Positions 31,837 through 32,724 of a stretch of DNA of 32,724 nucleotides are shown here, piece after piece. The stretch comes from a virus. Within the stretch, counting starts at the first letter, position 1. The number at the start of each line of letters is the position of its first letter. The stretch is from IMG/VR virus record IMGVR_UViG_3300011185_000002, one strand, 5' to 3'. The notes under the pieces were generated by a model. That model was not told where the DNA came from. It saw only the letters and a program-made list of their open reading frames with translations, and did no database searches. The translations under genes were made by a program, and so were the position numbers.

Positions 31837-32724
31837 ATGCCGATCATCAAACCACAAAAAGGACCGCAGGAAGCTTTCATGGCCAGTCCTGCTGACATCG
31901 TAATCTATGGCGGGGCAGCCGGGGGCGGAAAGACTTTCGCGCTACTGATGGAAGCGATCCGACACATCAACAACAAGCGATTTCGTTGCGCTATCTTTCG
32001 ACGCACTCACACGCAGGTAAAACAGCCTGGCGGTCTCTGGGATGAGTCGGGTGAGCTTTATCCGAAGCTCGGGGGCGTGCCGAATAGTTCCGACCTGTTC
32101 TGGCGGTTTCCCTCTGGTATGAAAGTAACTTTCAATTACTTGCAGACGGCAACTGACATGTATCAGTACCAGGGTGCACAGATACCGCTGATTATGTTCG
32201 ACGAGGTGACGCATTTCAGTGAGACGCAATTCTTCTACATGGTCTCGCGTCTGCGATCTGCATCGGGGGTTAAGGGGTACATCCGTGCGACATGCAACCC
32301 GGATCCAGATTCCTGGGTAGCCAGGTTCATTAACTGGTGGATCGGGGAAGACGGGTACCCAGATTCCTCCCGGGCTGGAGTCATCCGATGGTTTGTTAGG
32401 CGTGGTGACGACATCGTCTGGGCTGATAGCCCAAAAGAATTAACGGATCAATTCGGGCCTAAGGCAAAGCCTAAGTCTGTGGCGTTCATCCCGGCAACCC
32501 TGGCGGACAATAAGATTCTTATGGAGAAAGACCCAGAGTACGAGTCTAACCTCGAATCCCTTCCACTGGTCGAGCGTGAGCAGCTTCTAGGTGGCAACTG
32601 GAAGATTAAGCCAGCCCAGGGTATGTATTTCCGCGGCGATCAATTCATGTACTGTGATCGCCATGAACTCCCGAAGCTTCGGCGGATGATTCGGTACTGG
32701 GATAGGGCAGCAACTGAACCCACT
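31837..32724 (+). CDS. terL: Terminase large subunit, N-terminal ATPase part. It runs off the window end and continues at base 124 (that is, into 1..594).
   Basis: There is an in-frame stop at 31816 and an ATG at 31837. The N-terminus contains PQKGPQEAFMASPADIVIYGGAAGGGKT (Walker A). Walker B is IPLIMFDEVTH, and ATCNPD is also present. No stop occurs before 32724. Confidence 0.92.
   Translation, partial: MPIIKPQKGPQEAFMASPADIVIYGGAAGGGKTFALLMEAIRHINNKRFRCAIFRRTHTQVKQPGGLWDESGELYPKLGGVPNSSDLFWRFPSGMKVTFNYLQTATDMYQYQGAQIPLIMFDEVTHFSETQFFYMVSRLRSASGVKGYIRATCNPDPDSWVARFINWWIGEDGYPDSSRAGVIRWFVRRGDDIVWADSPKELTDQFGPKAKPKSVAFIPATLADNKILMEKDPEYESNLESLPLVEREQLLGGNWKIKPAQGMYFRGDQFMYCDRHELPKLRRMIRYWDRAATEPT
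32602..32724. repeat. Terminal overlap, identical to 1-123
   Basis: Direct comparison. Confidence 0.95.

Overview
The window is a complete, circularly closed genome of a tailed dsDNA phage. The unique length is 32,601 bp. Bases 1-123 recur exactly at 32602-32724, inside the large-terminase ORF, so this is a circular or permuted assembly overlap and not a physical end.

All roughly 45 credible genes lie on the + strand, and many are joined by ATGA, TAATG or GTGA start/stop overlaps.

Gene order from the wrap point:
- terL (split by the window edge), a YqaJ-type exonuclease and an unknown ORF.
- An HK97-type head module: portal, MuF-like protein, prohead protease, and a delta-domain major capsid protein.
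- Connector and tail-completion genes, the tail tube, tail chaperones with a canonical -1 frameshift, a short 512-aa tape measure, and tail tip / receptor-binding genes.
- A five-gene lysis cassette: a coiled-coil TM protein, a holin, a signal-peptide SLT endolysin, and overlapping i- and o-spanins.
- A replication module: a Toprim plus DUF927/SF3-type primase-helicase, a small HTH protein, family-A DNA polymerase, an HTH-metallophosphoesterase, a large ORFan, a RuvC-like resolvase, and a TerS-like protein.
- Small early genes and two orphan methyltransferase-like genes.
- A short early operon: two acidic proteins and a Sak/Rad52-like annealing protein.

No integrase, repressor, tRNA or CRISPR array was seen.

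The most unusual features are at the sequence level:
1. Two paralogous noncoding modules of about 0.3 and 0.45 kb (17488-17797 and 29466-29941) are packed with TGTGCA/TGCACA boxes in dyad arrangement around an AT-rich core. They bracket the replication module and share a 42-bp identical block. I propose they form a bipartite origin or initiator-binding system.
2. GATC, and especially GGATCC, is strongly over-represented across the whole genome of a phage that carries two orphan methyltransferase-like genes.
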